Shown here in pieces: positions 40,830 through 53,939 of a stretch of 64,000 nucleotides of DNA (within the stretch, counting starts at the first letter, position 1; every line of letters begins with the position of its first letter). The stretch comes from Camelus ferus. Its lineage: Eukaryota. Location of the stretch: the NCBI RefSeq assembly GCF_009834535.1, contig NC_045697.1, positions 31,808,001-31,872,000 of the forward strand, in the 5' to 3' direction. Below the pieces are notes generated by a model. It saw only the letters and a program-made list of their open reading frames with translations, was not told where the DNA came from and did no database searches. A program made the translations under genes and the position numbers.

Positions 40830-42700
40830 AAAGAAACTAGAATATTTGAACTCTGACCATCAGCCTCTCTAGTTACATGCTATTTCTTGGCCAGTATTCT
40901 GTTTTACCTTAATGTTTTTGTAATTCCACTATTTAGACACTATCATTATTATATTGGGAAAACATATAATTTTCGGTATAGGTTAATTTCTACGTTTTTG
41001 AGCTTTTCTGCTAGATTCTTCTTGAAATATTTCTTTTATAAAATGTTTTTGAGGATCTGTTGATAGTAAATTATGCTTTTACTCATGTATTTTTAAAAAT
41101 TTATGTTTATTCCTAAAAGATAATATTGCTGAGTACATACATCTAAGTGGAGTGTACATTTTTCTTAGCAATTTAGATATGTGTCCAATGTTTTCTGACT
41201 TCCTATAGCTGTGGAGAAGTCTGTTGTCATTTAGCTGATCATTCTTTTGTCTGTAGGTCCTTTTAGCAGAGACGGGGATACTACACCTCATGGCCTGTGT
41301 CTTGTTCTTACATGGCTCTCAAGCTAAGAATTTTCTTTTTTTTTAATATTTTTAAAAGATGAAAAAAGAGCAATATGAGACAGTAATCCTACATGGCACA
41401 CAAAGCCTAAAATATTTGCTCTCTGGTCCTTTTCAGAAAAAGCCTGCATTGTCGCTGTTTGCCTGTTATGAGGATAGTTTCATTTTCTCTTTGCCTCATT
41501 TATTCCTTCCTTCCTTTATTTCTCCCTTCCTTCCTCTCCTTTCCTCTTCCTCTTCTTCCTTCCTCTCTCTCTCTCTCTCCTATCTTCCTCCCTTTTTTTT
41601 CTTTTTGTTTGTTTTGCAATTTCTCAGCAATATGACAGGTGCCAGTTTATTTTTGTTTATTCTACTTGATATAACTTGTGAACTTTGTACTGGTGAACTC
41701 ATAGATTTGGTTTACTTAAAAAGAAATACTAACATTGTCTTTCAAGTATTGTCTCTCTCTGACTTTTTCTACCAATGGAACTTCTCTTTCTATGTTCCAT
41801 GTCTATTAAACTTTCATAATTTAAATCTCCTCTTTTCTTAGAAACTACATTGTGAGCCATTTTTTCAGCTCTATTTTCACTTTCATGAGTTCTCTTTTCA
41901 TGTGTGTCTAAATTGCTATATATAATTTATATATTAAGTCTTTCTTGTCAATGATTAATGTTTTTGATTTTTAGAAGTTTTACTTTGATTTCTAAAAGTT
42001 ATACTTTAATTTTGTTTCCAATCATTATACTTCGTTCTGTTATATTTTGTTCTTTGCCAACAAGTTTTTGTTAATTTCTTATCTTTCCCGATTTTTTATT
42101 TTAAATTTCATGCTTTACTTATGCATATTTAGCTTGTCTTCTGAATTTAATAATAAGCAAATGTTAAGCATGTATGCATTAAATTTATTTTTTTTACAGT
42201 AATTCTCACTCATGGTGATTAATATAACTAAAAGTTAGCTATTTTTTTTTTAAATCATGGCCACATATTTAGTTCAGGTTAATAAATGAGAATCCTTAGG
42301 ATTTAAATTTAATTAATTAATTAATTAATTAAATTTATTTTTTTTAATAGGATTTAAGATTACTTACTTGTAAAGAAGATTTGGATATCCTTCTGCTTGG
42401 GTCAAGACTGACACCAAAGTGAAACTCCTCACTTCAGTAGTCCTAAACTAAAACCAAATGTCAGGTTGGCTTCTCCACCTTGTGACACTGCAGGCTTAGC
42501 TTTCTTACTGAGCTCAGCTATCTCAGCTCCTTCCCTGATGTTTGCTCCCACACAGGCCTTAGCTACACTTGGCTTGGGGGCACTCTTCAAATTCTCTTCT
42601 CCACACTTTCTCCTGTTCCTATTTCTTCTTTTTCTGGTCCTTTCAGATTTCCCTGAATGCTCAAGAGTCTTTAAATATTATTTATGGTAGTTTATCAATG
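40830..42700 (-). mobile_element. Old L1ME remnant (T-rich), interrupted by a MER58-type MITE
   Basis: gatctgttgatagtaaatt...tttattcctaaaagataatattgctgag...gctgtggagaagtctgttgtc. Confidence 0.55.
41267..41450 (+). mobile_element. MER58C-like hAT-Charlie MITE
   Basis: aagctaagaatttt...atatgagacag...catggcacacaaagcctaaaatatttgctctctggtccttttcagaaaaag. Confidence 0.7.
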
Positions 42701-44740
42701 ATCTACTTGTATGTAGATTATTCTTCAGACTGTATAGTTTTTGCTGCTGTAAAAAAAAAAATGAATACTTTAACTTACAGATAAGAAAATGAAAAGTTGG
42801 AAAGATTATGCTATTTTTCCAAAGCAACATGGGTTAAAAAGTGGCAGAGACAGCCTCATAATTTATAATTTCTAGTTTTAATTCCAGTACTTACTCCATT
42901 TGTTATAATATTACAACTGACTCTCATGGATGAAGTCCATTATTATTGGCTCCTTTGAATTCAAAGTGAAGTATAATATGAACTACTCTATTCATCACCA
43001 CTTACTTTATACTCATGTATATAGTTCATTTATTTTTAATGTGTATCAATTTTGTCTCCATATCTAGAATGGAAAATCTCTGATGCCAGGCAAAAAACCC
43101 TGTCCTCAAACCTTTATCCCTTTATCTTTCGAATATCTAAGTGAATATTTAAATTCTAAGCACTAACGCTTGTACATTGACTGTTTATGAATCAATGTAA
43201 TCTATGTAACATTTTAGCTCCTGCTTTCTTTACTGTTTCTCCTTCTCTTTCTGTTTTAGTCCGTATCTCAAGTATACAAAAATTCAGTGCTCTTCATAAC
43301 AATTCTGCTTAAAAGGGAAATATGCATATTAATGACCTATAGATATATAGTAATATGAGCAATGCTTCATAGCTTAGTATTGTACCAGTCTAAAACTAAA
43401 TCTGTAAAGAACTATTTATCAAATAAAAGAATAAAACATCATAACTCAGAAATAAAATTATTTTAAGAATTTTTTCAATTAAAAATGTAGATAAGTGGTA
43501 ATTCAATTTAAATAAAATAATCTTCACTTATTTAAATTTTAATAACATTATTTTAAATAGTTTATAATTTTTTATATGGAAACACTTCATTAATTTTAAT
43601 TGAAAACTAAGGACAGGTAAATTTAACACTTCTATATTCTGATCATGATATTTAATTAGGAGGTCAATAAATTAAATCTTTAATTCAGAATTCTTTAGAG
43701 AAGTAACAAAAAATGTTGCATGGAATTGATCATGAATTTTAGTTCAGATCTGCTTTAGAATATGATTACCTTCTTAATTTGTAATGCTTCATTAATGTTA
43801 TACAAAGATTTTATGAATCTAGAATTATATAATACAAAAGGGTTTTTTGGAAACTAGTGGACCAATATTAAGCTGTCTAGTTTTCTTGAGAGGAAAGAAC
43901 CCACAAACATGAAGAGTAGAATGTCTTTCTTAGAATACAAAACCAGAAATATGTCCCCTGTCCCAAAGTTAAGGGTGGGACTGGGAAAACTTAGGGATTG
44001 TTAAACTGACCTGCAAGAAATCTTCACTTGCTAGAAGAGGAATATTTGTGCAAGCAACAATGAAACATTAGCACCGACACAGAAGTGTGTAAGCACCATT
44101 CAAACTAGTTTCGAAAGATAAGAAATATGGAGTGCCATAGTATCTGTATTTGGTTATTGTTACCAAGTCAAGGGTCTTTTCAACATTCCTTCCTCAAGTA
44201 CTATCTCCCACTCTTCCTGGGTCAGTGCAGCTTCATGAAATAAGAGTTAAAGATACACAACATTAAGTGAGATTCTGAGCTAAATAATGATTATAGAATT
44301 CTTCTCTGCTTCATAAAACCAGAGCCCTGTGGCCACTGATTTTCATAACACTGCAATTGTGTTTTCCTAAGTGCCCCAGACAAGCCATTTCATTCTCTTC
44401 TATTCGCAGTGCCGTGGTTCAGTGTTTCATACTGTAGGACACAGCCTTGTGCTTTTTTGACATATCACCCCTCCATAAGCCTAGCACAAGTTCTACTCAG
44501 CCACTTCAAAAAGCATTATAAAGGAACCACATTTTAAAAACTCCTTAATGAATAATGTTACACTATAATGAATTTCAATTTTATTTCTGACTTCATGCTC
44601 AAGCCACAATTTTTGTAATTAACTTATATAGACAAATTTCTTTAAAATGTTGCAAATTACATTTTGACCATTTTAAGTAAAGAGAAATGATGCTATGAAG
44701 TAAAGAATCAACTAATAAATACCAATTTCCAGTTGCTTTG

Positions 44741-45180
44741 TGTTGTGGGCTGAGCTGTGTACTCAAAAATATATGTTCATGTCTTAATTCTCTGTATGTT
44801 GAATGTGACCTTATTTGGAACTAGGGTCTCTGCCAATGTAATCGAGTTAAGATGGGGTCATATTAGATTAGGATGAGTTCTAATCCAATGACGGGTGTCC
44901 TTATATGACGGAGGAAATTTGGGCAGAGACACAGAGGGGAAAATGACATATGAAGATAGAGGCAGACTGGAGTCACAAGAGCTACAAGTCAAGGAATGCC
45001 AAAGATTGAAAGCCACCACCAGAAGCTAGGAAGAGCTGAGGGGGGATTCTACCCAGAGGCTCAGATGGAGCATGGCTTCTTGATTTCAGACTTTGAGAGT
45101 CCAGACCTGTGAAAGAATAAATTTCTGTTGTTTTAAGCTACCCAGCTATGTTAATTTGTTATGGCAGCCCTAGGAGACCT
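44741..45180 (+). mobile_element. MLT1B/C MaLR solo LTR
   Basis: tgttgtgggctgagctgtgt...gaatgtgaccttatttggaactagggtc...ccagacctgtgaaagaataaatttctgttgttttaagc...atggcagccctagga. Confidence 0.88.
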
Positions 45181-47164
45181 GTCACTTTATTATTAAATAT
45201 TTGTCATGGTAGTCACTGTTAAAGATAATTTTTGGTTACTATATCTGCATAGAAATAAAATTTATAATCACTGTTTCAAAGAATGACCTATATCTGTGAG
45301 AACAGCTAGGATAATTTAAACATTTTACCAAAGGCAAATTATCTGTAAGAGTCATACCACAACAATGTATAATTTATGGATATAAAAAGTTTAAGTCCTT
45401 TATTTTCTGTAAGTGAAAACTATTATTTGAGTGTTTATGTAACCAAAATTAATCAGTACAAAATGATATGAGAGGTCCAAAAAGTTGTAAGACTGGGTTT
45501 TTGTACTCATGTTGAAAGAACGCACAAAGTTTTTACATCTGCAGGTTAAAGCAGCACATATGGTGCACAAAATGTAACCATGAGTTATTCCACTGACTTT
45601 ACTACCCATTTTTTGATGTTGGGCCTTCAACCTTGCTTTTGGATTGAAGATGAGTTCAGAATTTTATCCAATTTTCATCTAAGCTAAAAGATAAATTCTA
45701 ACTAGCTTACTTAATGGCTATTGTAGCAGTTTCAAAGAACACAGAAGGTCAGAAATTAAATGCCACTTGTCTGTTATGTAAATCTTCAAGCTGTACGATG
45801 GGTTTTCTTGTGAGATGGGGCTTTCTCAGTATAGCCTGATAAACATAATAGAGCCCAAATCTAGTATTACACTAGTGAAGGGAAGGCCCACATTCGAGGT
45901 GCTGGTATAGAGCAAGGTAGAGTCATCAAAGTGATGAATCTAAATTATTTACCATCCTAGGGAAACTGGTATTAAGTGACTGCATGCTCTCATAGATGCA
46001 GTCAATAATATCCATGTCAAGAGCTAGAGAACATTCTTTTTAAAAGCAACGGCAAAGATGGTAAGGCAGACGAGGTTAAAAGACCTTTAAAGGGGAGTCC
46101 TCCCTTATATAGCTTAATCCCAAAGTGGTGGCATGTAAAAGTGTTGACTACCATGTAGGGATCTATTGAAAAAAGAAATAGTTGGGGTTTCATTGGAGAG
46201 AGGGATATAGACGTATTTCCTAATAGGCTGCAGATAATCAGAGTGATGTGAAAGATTCACTTTTTTTTTTTTCCTACAGTAGGGTAAGTAGGTCTGAGAA
46301 GAACACACCTAACGTTGTCTAACACCTAGGATGCTGCAGCAATATGCAGACATTGATGAAAAGACATATAAGAAATATCTTTGGGGAGTGCACCAAGGTG
46401 TGACTAGGGGAAGGGTGTGGTAGAAGGAACATCACACTGTACCCCGATCCTTCCCAAAGCACCATTCATGCTTCCTTAATAAAGATGCAATTATCAAAAT
46501 GAGGTTCGCAGCACTGGACATTCTGCTCCTGCTACCCACTGAGGAGCTGCTTGTTTTTGACTCCTCTGTATTCTTCCCTCTACAAAGAGATGTACCTTAT
46601 AATGCTAAGTTCTTTGGAACTTCTTTAATACTGAATAGAGACAAATGCTGTCAGAGAGGAATCACAGTTTTCGGAGCTGGAGTCAAAGATGGAAAATTTC
46701 AGGAGTATTTGGAGTAAAGGATTCACTATGTTTGTATGTGAGGAAATGAACTGAAGATGAGAAAAGAAAATTTAAGACAGGCTTTATCTCTCTCTCCCTC
46801 CACAGTGTTTGAGAATTACTTTAGGTTGAAAGGTTTGTCTTCTTTCTTTTGACCATGTTACTATTCTAACCCTAGAACATGAGGGCCCTGGCTTCCTATT
46901 TGTTGTATTTTGGGAGACAGGTAATGGATTTTAGACCTAAGGATTAATAGCCAGTTGTGCACCCCCACACACACACAGGCACACACATACATATACCTGA
47001 ATAAACAGAATAAGTCCATCATCTTGGTATGAGCTAGAATGTATATCATCACCACTGCTTCATGCTTGACTGAGAAGGGTACAAACAGGCAAATATCATC
47101 AGCTAGAAATCCATGATTGTCCTTGGAATGCTACTAAGACACCAAAAGAACTCTGTAAAGCAGT

Positions 47165-48305
47165 TACCAATTTAATGCCTTACAGCTCCAAATTCACCCT
47201 TCAGTACCTTCTCTGTTTAAATGGACTGAGCTTCTTAAGTATTTCAAGCTTTTCTCCTTTAAAGTGAGCATGTTAAGTACTGACAGCAGAGGGTGGTGGA
47301 ACACTGCAGGAAGAACTGGGTAGCTCTTGTTCCACTGTGTGTGTGTGTGTGTGTGTGCGCGTGTGTGTGTGTGTAGGGACATCCAGTGGTGTTGTGTCTT
47401 ACCCATGTGCCCGAGGGGCAGTTCCTTGGGCATCACATTGACCTGGCATGGTCTGGTGATGACACTGCTATTGCCCTTATAAAATGAACAATGCCTGATT
47501 CAGGACTCATGCCCAAATCTGTGTCCCAGGATCCTCTTCATGCTCACCCACAAGCTTCTGCTCACGTATGCCCCACAGGGCTGTTTCCTGGACAACTTCT
47601 TCTCCATCCTGTGGGCTGGAACCTCACCTGCAACGAGGTCTAATTCCAGATTTCGGGAGTATATATGTTCCCTGGGGCTACTCTAACAGATTACCACAAA
47701 TCAAGTGACTTAAAACAACAAAAATCTATTGTCTTGCAACTTTGGAGCCTGGAAGTTTGGAATCAAGGTGTTGGCAGGTCAGTGCTCCCTCTGAAAGCTG
47801 TAGAGAAATTCCTCCTTGACTCTTCCTAACTTCTGGTGGTTTGCAGTAATCTTTGGCATGCCTTGGCTTGCAGCCACTTCACTGCAATCTCTTCCCTTGT
47901 TGTCATGTGGCTGTCTTCTAGTACATCTCTGTCTCCATAGCTGGTCTTCTTCTAAGGACACTGGTCACACTGGATTAGGGGTCCACTCCACCTCAGCATG
48001 ACTTCATCTTAACTAATTACATTTGCAACAGTTCTATTTCAAATAAGGTCACCCATTCTGAGGTACTGGGAATTAGATCTTCAACAAACTGGTGGGCACA
48101 TCTTGCTCCACAACAGGGAGGAAAGTCTCCTTTCAAGTGTGTCCCTCCTCAGATACCCGCCCCCTCAGGCTTTGGGTACCTTTTAGAGTTCTTGTTATGT
48201 CTTTATATTTACTCTTCTACCATAATCTAAGCAATCTTTCTATTAAACTTCTCTGCTTCAATTGATGTGTGGTTTCTATCTCCCGACTGGACTCAGACTA
48301 GCAAA
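47165..48305 (+). mobile_element. LTR41-like ERVL LTR, split by a nested MLT1C
   Basis: 5' cagctccaaattcacccttcagtacc...cagcagagggtggtgg; 3' attaaacttctctgcttcaattgatgtgtggtttctatctcccgactggactcagact. Confidence 0.7.
47660..48115 (-). mobile_element. MLT1C-like MaLR LTR
   Basis: ttaccacaaatcaagtgacttaaaacaaca...aatcaaggtgttggcagg...tttcaaataaggtcacc...ccacaaca; perfect 5-bp TSD GGGAG (47655-47659 / 48116-48120). Confidence 0.9.
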
Positions 48306-49229
48306 GGTTGTGGAAAACATACTAAAATTGAAATAATTTTTGGAAGACTTCAAATTTGAACTGGATGGTCTGATTGGAGAATGAGATTTATGTGTCATCA
48401 ATGAGAAATTTTCCAAAAATCTCTGGTGAAATAACTTTCCATTTAAAAAATTAAGCTTTAATATAAGCCTATTTTTTTTCAATAAGCTGAAATTCTTTTG
48501 AAAGGGGTAAGGAGATAACATCCTAGAAACTCTTAACTATAACAAGGGGACAAGGAAACAAATAGGGTTTAGGATACAAGATACAAAGCATTTTCTTTGA
48601 GGAATTTTAAAATCTACCTCAGGGTATTTCAGGTTGGCAAAAAGGGACTATAAGTTGAAACACAGAAAAATGAATAGACACAGAGTGGAGAATTGTCATT
48701 ATCTGTGTATAAGCTAGGGAGGTTCATCCTAAAAGTTACAAGTGAAGGTTCTGAGCAGAATTGCCTCATTGACCTGGATCATGTGTATGTCCCAGGAGAC
48801 AGGTCCTGGGTTTATATTCTAAATTCCTAACCTTGGATCTGTGAAATATATACTAGGCTTTCATGTTTGAACTAGAAGATGAATCACAATATTCCATTCA
48901 TCATAGATAGGAATTTTCTAATCAGAAATACCAAAGAACTAGAAGCAGTTAAACTGAGTTCATGATGAAGCAGTATTTAATCAAAAATTAATAAAGGATA
49001 TCTGATTTCACTTATAATCCAAGAAATCATCCTGACTCTCACTTAAACTCATTTAACAATGACTGACAAGAAAAAGCAAATAAAACAGGAGTAGAACTGA
49101 GTTGATAAGGCAAGAAAATTCAGGAAGCCAGAAGTGTTATACATCTGATTCCCCCTACCTTTCCAGAAAATGCATCTCTGACAGATGGGGTCACAGGAGG
49201 TGAAGAAATACTGGTCCTGCAGTCCTAGT

Positions 49230-49432
49230 TAGGGGAGCTCTTGGCAATGCCTGGTGACATTTTTGTTTGGCGTAACTGGTCAGAGGTGCTACTAGCATCT
49301 CATGGATTCAGGCCGAGGATGATACTAAACATCTGTAGTGCATGGGACATCCTCGCCCTTTCTGCCCTCCGTCCACACATGAAAGGGGATTATCTGGCCC
49401 AAACTGTCAATAGTGGCAGGCTGCAACATCTT
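49230..49432 (+). mobile_element. MER20 hAT-Charlie MITE
   Basis: ttggcaatgcctggtgacatttttg...gtgctactagcatct...ggccgaggatgatactaaacatc...attatctggcccaaactgtcaatagtg. Confidence 0.8.
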
Positions 49433-50704
49433 GATTTAGGCTGACAAGGCACATTATCTAGAATTCCTTTCTCTCCTTCTAATTCTGAGAAGAGTGGCAG
49501 CTGAGGCAAACCATTGTAACACGTGATTCATTCAGCAGGACAAACTCTAGACGGGCATGCTCAGCTGGCCTGATCACACTCCAACTCCGGCCCACTTCTT
49601 ATCTCCTAGGACATGATGCTTTCCCAGGAAAGGATCAAGCTGATTTATATAATGGCCGCAGAATTTCTGAAGACACTGAAGGTGCCACACAGGGTGAGGT
49701 GACTAACCAATGGTGGACTAAAGTCTTGAGGGCTCAAGTAGAGGCTGCCGCCATTCTGACTATAGTAGGAAAGAGGAAATGCTTTGGTGAGAGGTTCTAC
49801 TTTACTTTAGGAAAAAAAAGGTGCCTTGCTAACAAGTCCAGAGTATCTGACTTTGTGCTTAATATTGTGATTTTGACCAAAGAAGAAGTGACAGGTTGTA
49901 AATGAATGTGAGTAAGAATTAATACCCAACCTCCTTCCAACCTGGTCACAAGCACAGTGATTAACACTATAGACATTTAATGCAGATTCTGTGATGCAGC
50001 TGCCCTCATTCTATTTACTTATCTCAAATAAAGTGAAAATTACAGAAAATTTCTGTTCTGCAGAACAGAAAACAATCTTTTTCATATTTACTGCCCAAAA
50101 GTAAAATGTTTCAAATATAATGAAGACCACTAATTAAATTCCTAAACTGTATTAGCTAATTTCTTAAAAATTCAAATGTTTTATTAATGATATTGTTTCT
50201 CATTATTATAAATAAAAGGTAATATGTAAGTAGGTAGATGATAAATAAACTGATTAACAGATACATAGATTGAGATGCTATCTGACCTTAGCAGGCTCTT
50301 CACTGATTTTTTGGCAACCATTTTATTTATATCTTCATTGAATTACTCACAATGTTTTTGCAAACATTTAGTTCTTGTCTCTAGCTCAGAAGCCCTTTTA
50401 GCTTCTTCTCATCATTATCTCTACACTCAATAGATGCTACATTAATGCAACAAGTATTTATTGATTGTCTTGATGAACCAGGCAATGTGATACATCTTCA
50501 AGATATATTGTTCAAAAAGACCAACAACTTACTGCCTCATAGAGCTTGCTTTCTAGTGGGGCAAAGAGATATTCAGCAATAAAATAGATAACCACAGATC
50601 TGATAGATATTATGAGAGAAATAAATGTAACAGAGAGGATCTATTTAAGATGAGGAATTGGGAGAAACTTCTTTAATATCTCTTTAAGAATAAATATTTT
50701 CGCT

Positions 50705-51325
50705 AAAACCCAAGGATTCATTCAGAGGAGTAGAATTGCTATGAGAGGATAGAATAAGGGATTAATTATAGGTGTTAGTCCTCATGCAAGTGTGGGAGCT
50801 GATGGGAGTGTCTGGGCAGCCCACTGTCTCTGTTTCCAGGGTTGAACCTGCTGTTGCTGTCAGATCATGAAGACTGGAAGTCATGAAGGAAATCTGAATG
50901 TGAACGAGAGCAAGGACAAACTGAAACCTGCAAGGACAGACTGGAAACCACAAAGAATCCTGAAACTGTGTCGATCCTTCAAGCACTCTAACCTTGATCT
51001 TGTGGGTGACCTGCAGGGATAGCTAGCCCTTCGCAGCCGCACACATACGCTTACAACCAGAGACGCTGAAGTTGGAGATCTGGCCAGAGCTGAAGGAGCT
51101 GTAGATTGGGATAATGCCACACCCCAAAATGTGAGCCACCATTACAGTGAGATGCCATACTCCCTGGTGTTCTGCATTATCATTCAGAGAGTTAAAAAAT
51201 GTGACTGTAACTTCACTTACACTTTCCAAATCTCATGCAAAATATGTCTTATGTTCAAGGCTAACTGTAAACTGAAAGGAAGTCTGGGAATTCTAGGTGA
51301 GCACATCATGCACAAAGCCACTACA
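50705..51325 (-). mobile_element. Ancient LTR (LTR78/LTR79-like)
   Basis: Minus strand begins TGTAGTGGCTTTGT...agaattccc...gcatgagatttggaaagtgtaagtgaag; the other end has gctatgagaggatagaataagggattaattatagg...tgtgggagctg. Confidence 0.65.
51002..51140 (+). pseudogene. Decayed apolipoprotein A-IV-like coding fragment inside the LTR
   Basis: With small indels it reads GDLQG*L-PFA-AAHIRL--ETLKLEIWPELKEL*IGIMPHP--VSH, colinear with APOA4 [49 protein letters not shown] (recalled sequence). Confidence 0.65.
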
Positions 51326-52372
51326 TCTGCCTAATATGCAAACAGAAGGGGAAAGAACCAGGTAGAAAAAAGGGAAAGTAAAAATATCTGGAAGCAAAAA
51401 AGAGCATGAGAATTTTTAGGAAACAAAAGCAACAATGACTGGCTGTTATTGGATAAGGTGGAGACTGGTCTTGATACTAGGTTGGAGATGTGGATAAGAG
51501 ACTAATTATAGACGTCCTTGTAGATCAGGATGTGGTGTATAGATTCATTCCACATTCAATGGGAAATTATGGAACAGTTTTGACCAGAAAAGTAACTGAC
51601 TTAACAATTGCATAGAGAATGTAAGGAGGATATCAATACTGGAAGCAGCGGTATTCTGTAGTAATCCATGAGATATATGAGAGAAGAGAAATAGATTTTT
51701 TAAAATTGAATTCAGGAGTAGGATCCACAAGAGTGCCTGAAAATTTAGATTTTTTCCCCCCAAATTGTATTCCTCTAAGGAAGAGAACCAGAATGGCTCA
51801 TAGGGCTTCTGTTTTTAGTGACTGAATAAATGGCACAGTCACTGATGAAGATGAAGAACACTGGAAGACTAGATTTTGAGGAGGAGGAGGAAAGGAAATC
51901 AAATGTAGCATTTTATACCTGCTAATTTTGAGGTGCTTTTGGGGACATCCGAGTATGCAAGTGTTAAATAGCTTGTTCTAAGTCAAGAATATTTCCACTA
52001 ATGGCATGACTGTTTTCCATTAACTCAAGCTTAACAGGCATTCTGAAACACTTTGGGTCTTTGTTTATTCCTTCTCATTCTCCATTTTCAGAAAGCTAAA
52101 ATTTTTCCAATGATTTAAACAGATATTTCACTGAGTACTTACTATGTTCACAATATGAAGATGAATACAATTTAGCCTTTCTTTCATGGAGTGCCTAGTC
52201 TAGTAGCAGAGAAAGAGGGATGCTGATTTTAGAGTCGAATGGAAAGTGCTCCATTAGCTGTGCAAGTTCTGTCTGATTGATGTCTATGTGTTACATTCCT
52301 TTCTTTCTTTGTCTTTCCATCCGCCAATCCCTCAGTCCCATAGCTGAAGTCTTATTGCCCTTGCATCTAGAC

Positions 52373-52561
52373 TGGGGATGTGGGAAAACTAAAGCCCACA
52401 GGCTGCTCAACTGTGTTTGTAAATAAAGTTTTATTGGAACATAGCCATGCCTATTCATTAAAATACAGTCTATGACTGCTCTCATAAAGGCAGAGTTGAG
52501 AAGTTGTGGGCTGCAAGCCTGAAATTTTATCTGGCCCTTAAGAGACAATAGTAGATCCCTG
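52373..52561 (+). mobile_element. MER58A hAT-Charlie MITE
   Basis: tttgtaaataaagttttattggaacatagcc...ggcagagttgag...tatctggccct; 8-bp TSD atctagac/atttagac. Confidence 0.85.
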
Positions 52562-53009
52562 ATTTAGACCAAAGCATTGCAGTATTTTTTATGTGAGTTC
52601 CTTATCTCCTCTTTCCCTCAATCCAATCCTTCTTATATATCACTGCTACATTAATATCTTAAAAGTTGTTATAATCCTTTCTTCAAAGAGACATGGTATA
52701 CTTAAATAAATATGAAAAAAACATTCTAAAAATGCCTTTGAATATATTATAGCCTACTCATAATTCTTCAACAGCTCTCTACTGCCTTATGAATTAAATA
52801 TGAACATCCATTCTGACATTCAAAAGCCTCTATTATATGATCAAGACCAAATTGTTTAGGCTCATCTCCAATTACATTCTAGTAGGGGTGCTTCAGCCAA
52901 ATTGGTCTCCTTCCCATTTCTGTGATTTCTCCTCTCTGGGTCTTTACTCTTATGCCATTTCCTCTACAGAAATCCCCTCTTACTATCGTTCTCTTGGCTG
53001 TTTCAGTGA

Positions 53010-53451
53010 TACACATCTGCATTTGTTAGGATAATGTTAGCTTTTAAAACAGACAAACTCTTAAATTCCTGGCTTAATACAATAAAAATAAATTTTTACC
53101 CACACAATAGTTCAGTGTTTGTGATCTTAGTCATTAGTGTGAGGCAAAGCGTGGTGAGTATGGCACAAAGTCATTCAAGACGGCCATCTTCAACACAAGT
53201 CTTCCAAGGTCAACACAGGCATCCATGACCAGCCAGTAGGCAGGGAAGAGACAGTAGAAAAGGGATATTGCTTCTGAAGCCCAAAGAAGTCACACGCATT
53301 GCTTCTGCCTACATTTTATTGACGAGGTCCCACATAATTTCAAGGGACTCTGAGAAATACGGTTCCTGGTTAAGCATATACTCCTCCACAACAAGTCTAC
53401 ATGATCAGTGGGGAGCATGAACCTTTGATGGACAGTTAGCAGTCTCTGCCA
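53010..53451 (-). mobile_element. Old MLT1 (J/K-like) MaLR LTR
   Basis: gttaggataatgttagc...ggcttaatacaataaa...gaagtcacacgcattgcttctgcctacattttattg...tggacagttagcagtctctgcca. Confidence 0.65.
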
Positions 53452-53939
53452 AACCACCTTTCACTGAACAACTCCACACTGACCTCCTACTCAGACAAGT
53501 TGTGTTCTTTATTTGATTTTTGTAGCACTTCATTTTTGTCTAGTATTGAGTTCTAACATGGTGTATTGGGCATTATATGTCTATTCATATTACTGTTTAT
53601 TTACTTGATTTATCTTTTTGCTTTTCTGACAATATCCTTTACTGACCTTACTTTCCTGACAATACTCTTTGCATCCACTGTGGTAATGAGTGAAAAACCC
53701 TTGTGTTGAATTTCATTTTGAATTTGTTGTTCAGGAAGTAATTTTTGTGAGCATCCGGCATTCTTCCTGTCCCTGCACTACCAAGATTGACATTTGAGTG
53801 ATGCAGGAGGAAACAGACTCAGTGAAATGCTTCCTGAGGGACAAAACCCCTGAGGTGACACTGAGATTCACAGACAGTCCCTGCTAGAAGCACAGAATAG
53901 TCTTAAAATGTGCATGGCTATATAATGCTAGAAACTAAC

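Larger units (their letters stand above)
50445..51970 (-). mobile_element. L2 LINE interrupted by an LTR insertion
   Basis: caacaagtatttattgattg...ccaggcaatgtg...ctgcctcatagagctt before the LTR; the L2 body resumes after ~51330. Confidence 0.7.

Noticed and set aside
41359..41841. 160-aa hydrophobic ORF
   Set aside because: Spans a MER58 MITE, a CT-rich low-complexity tract and an antisense L1.
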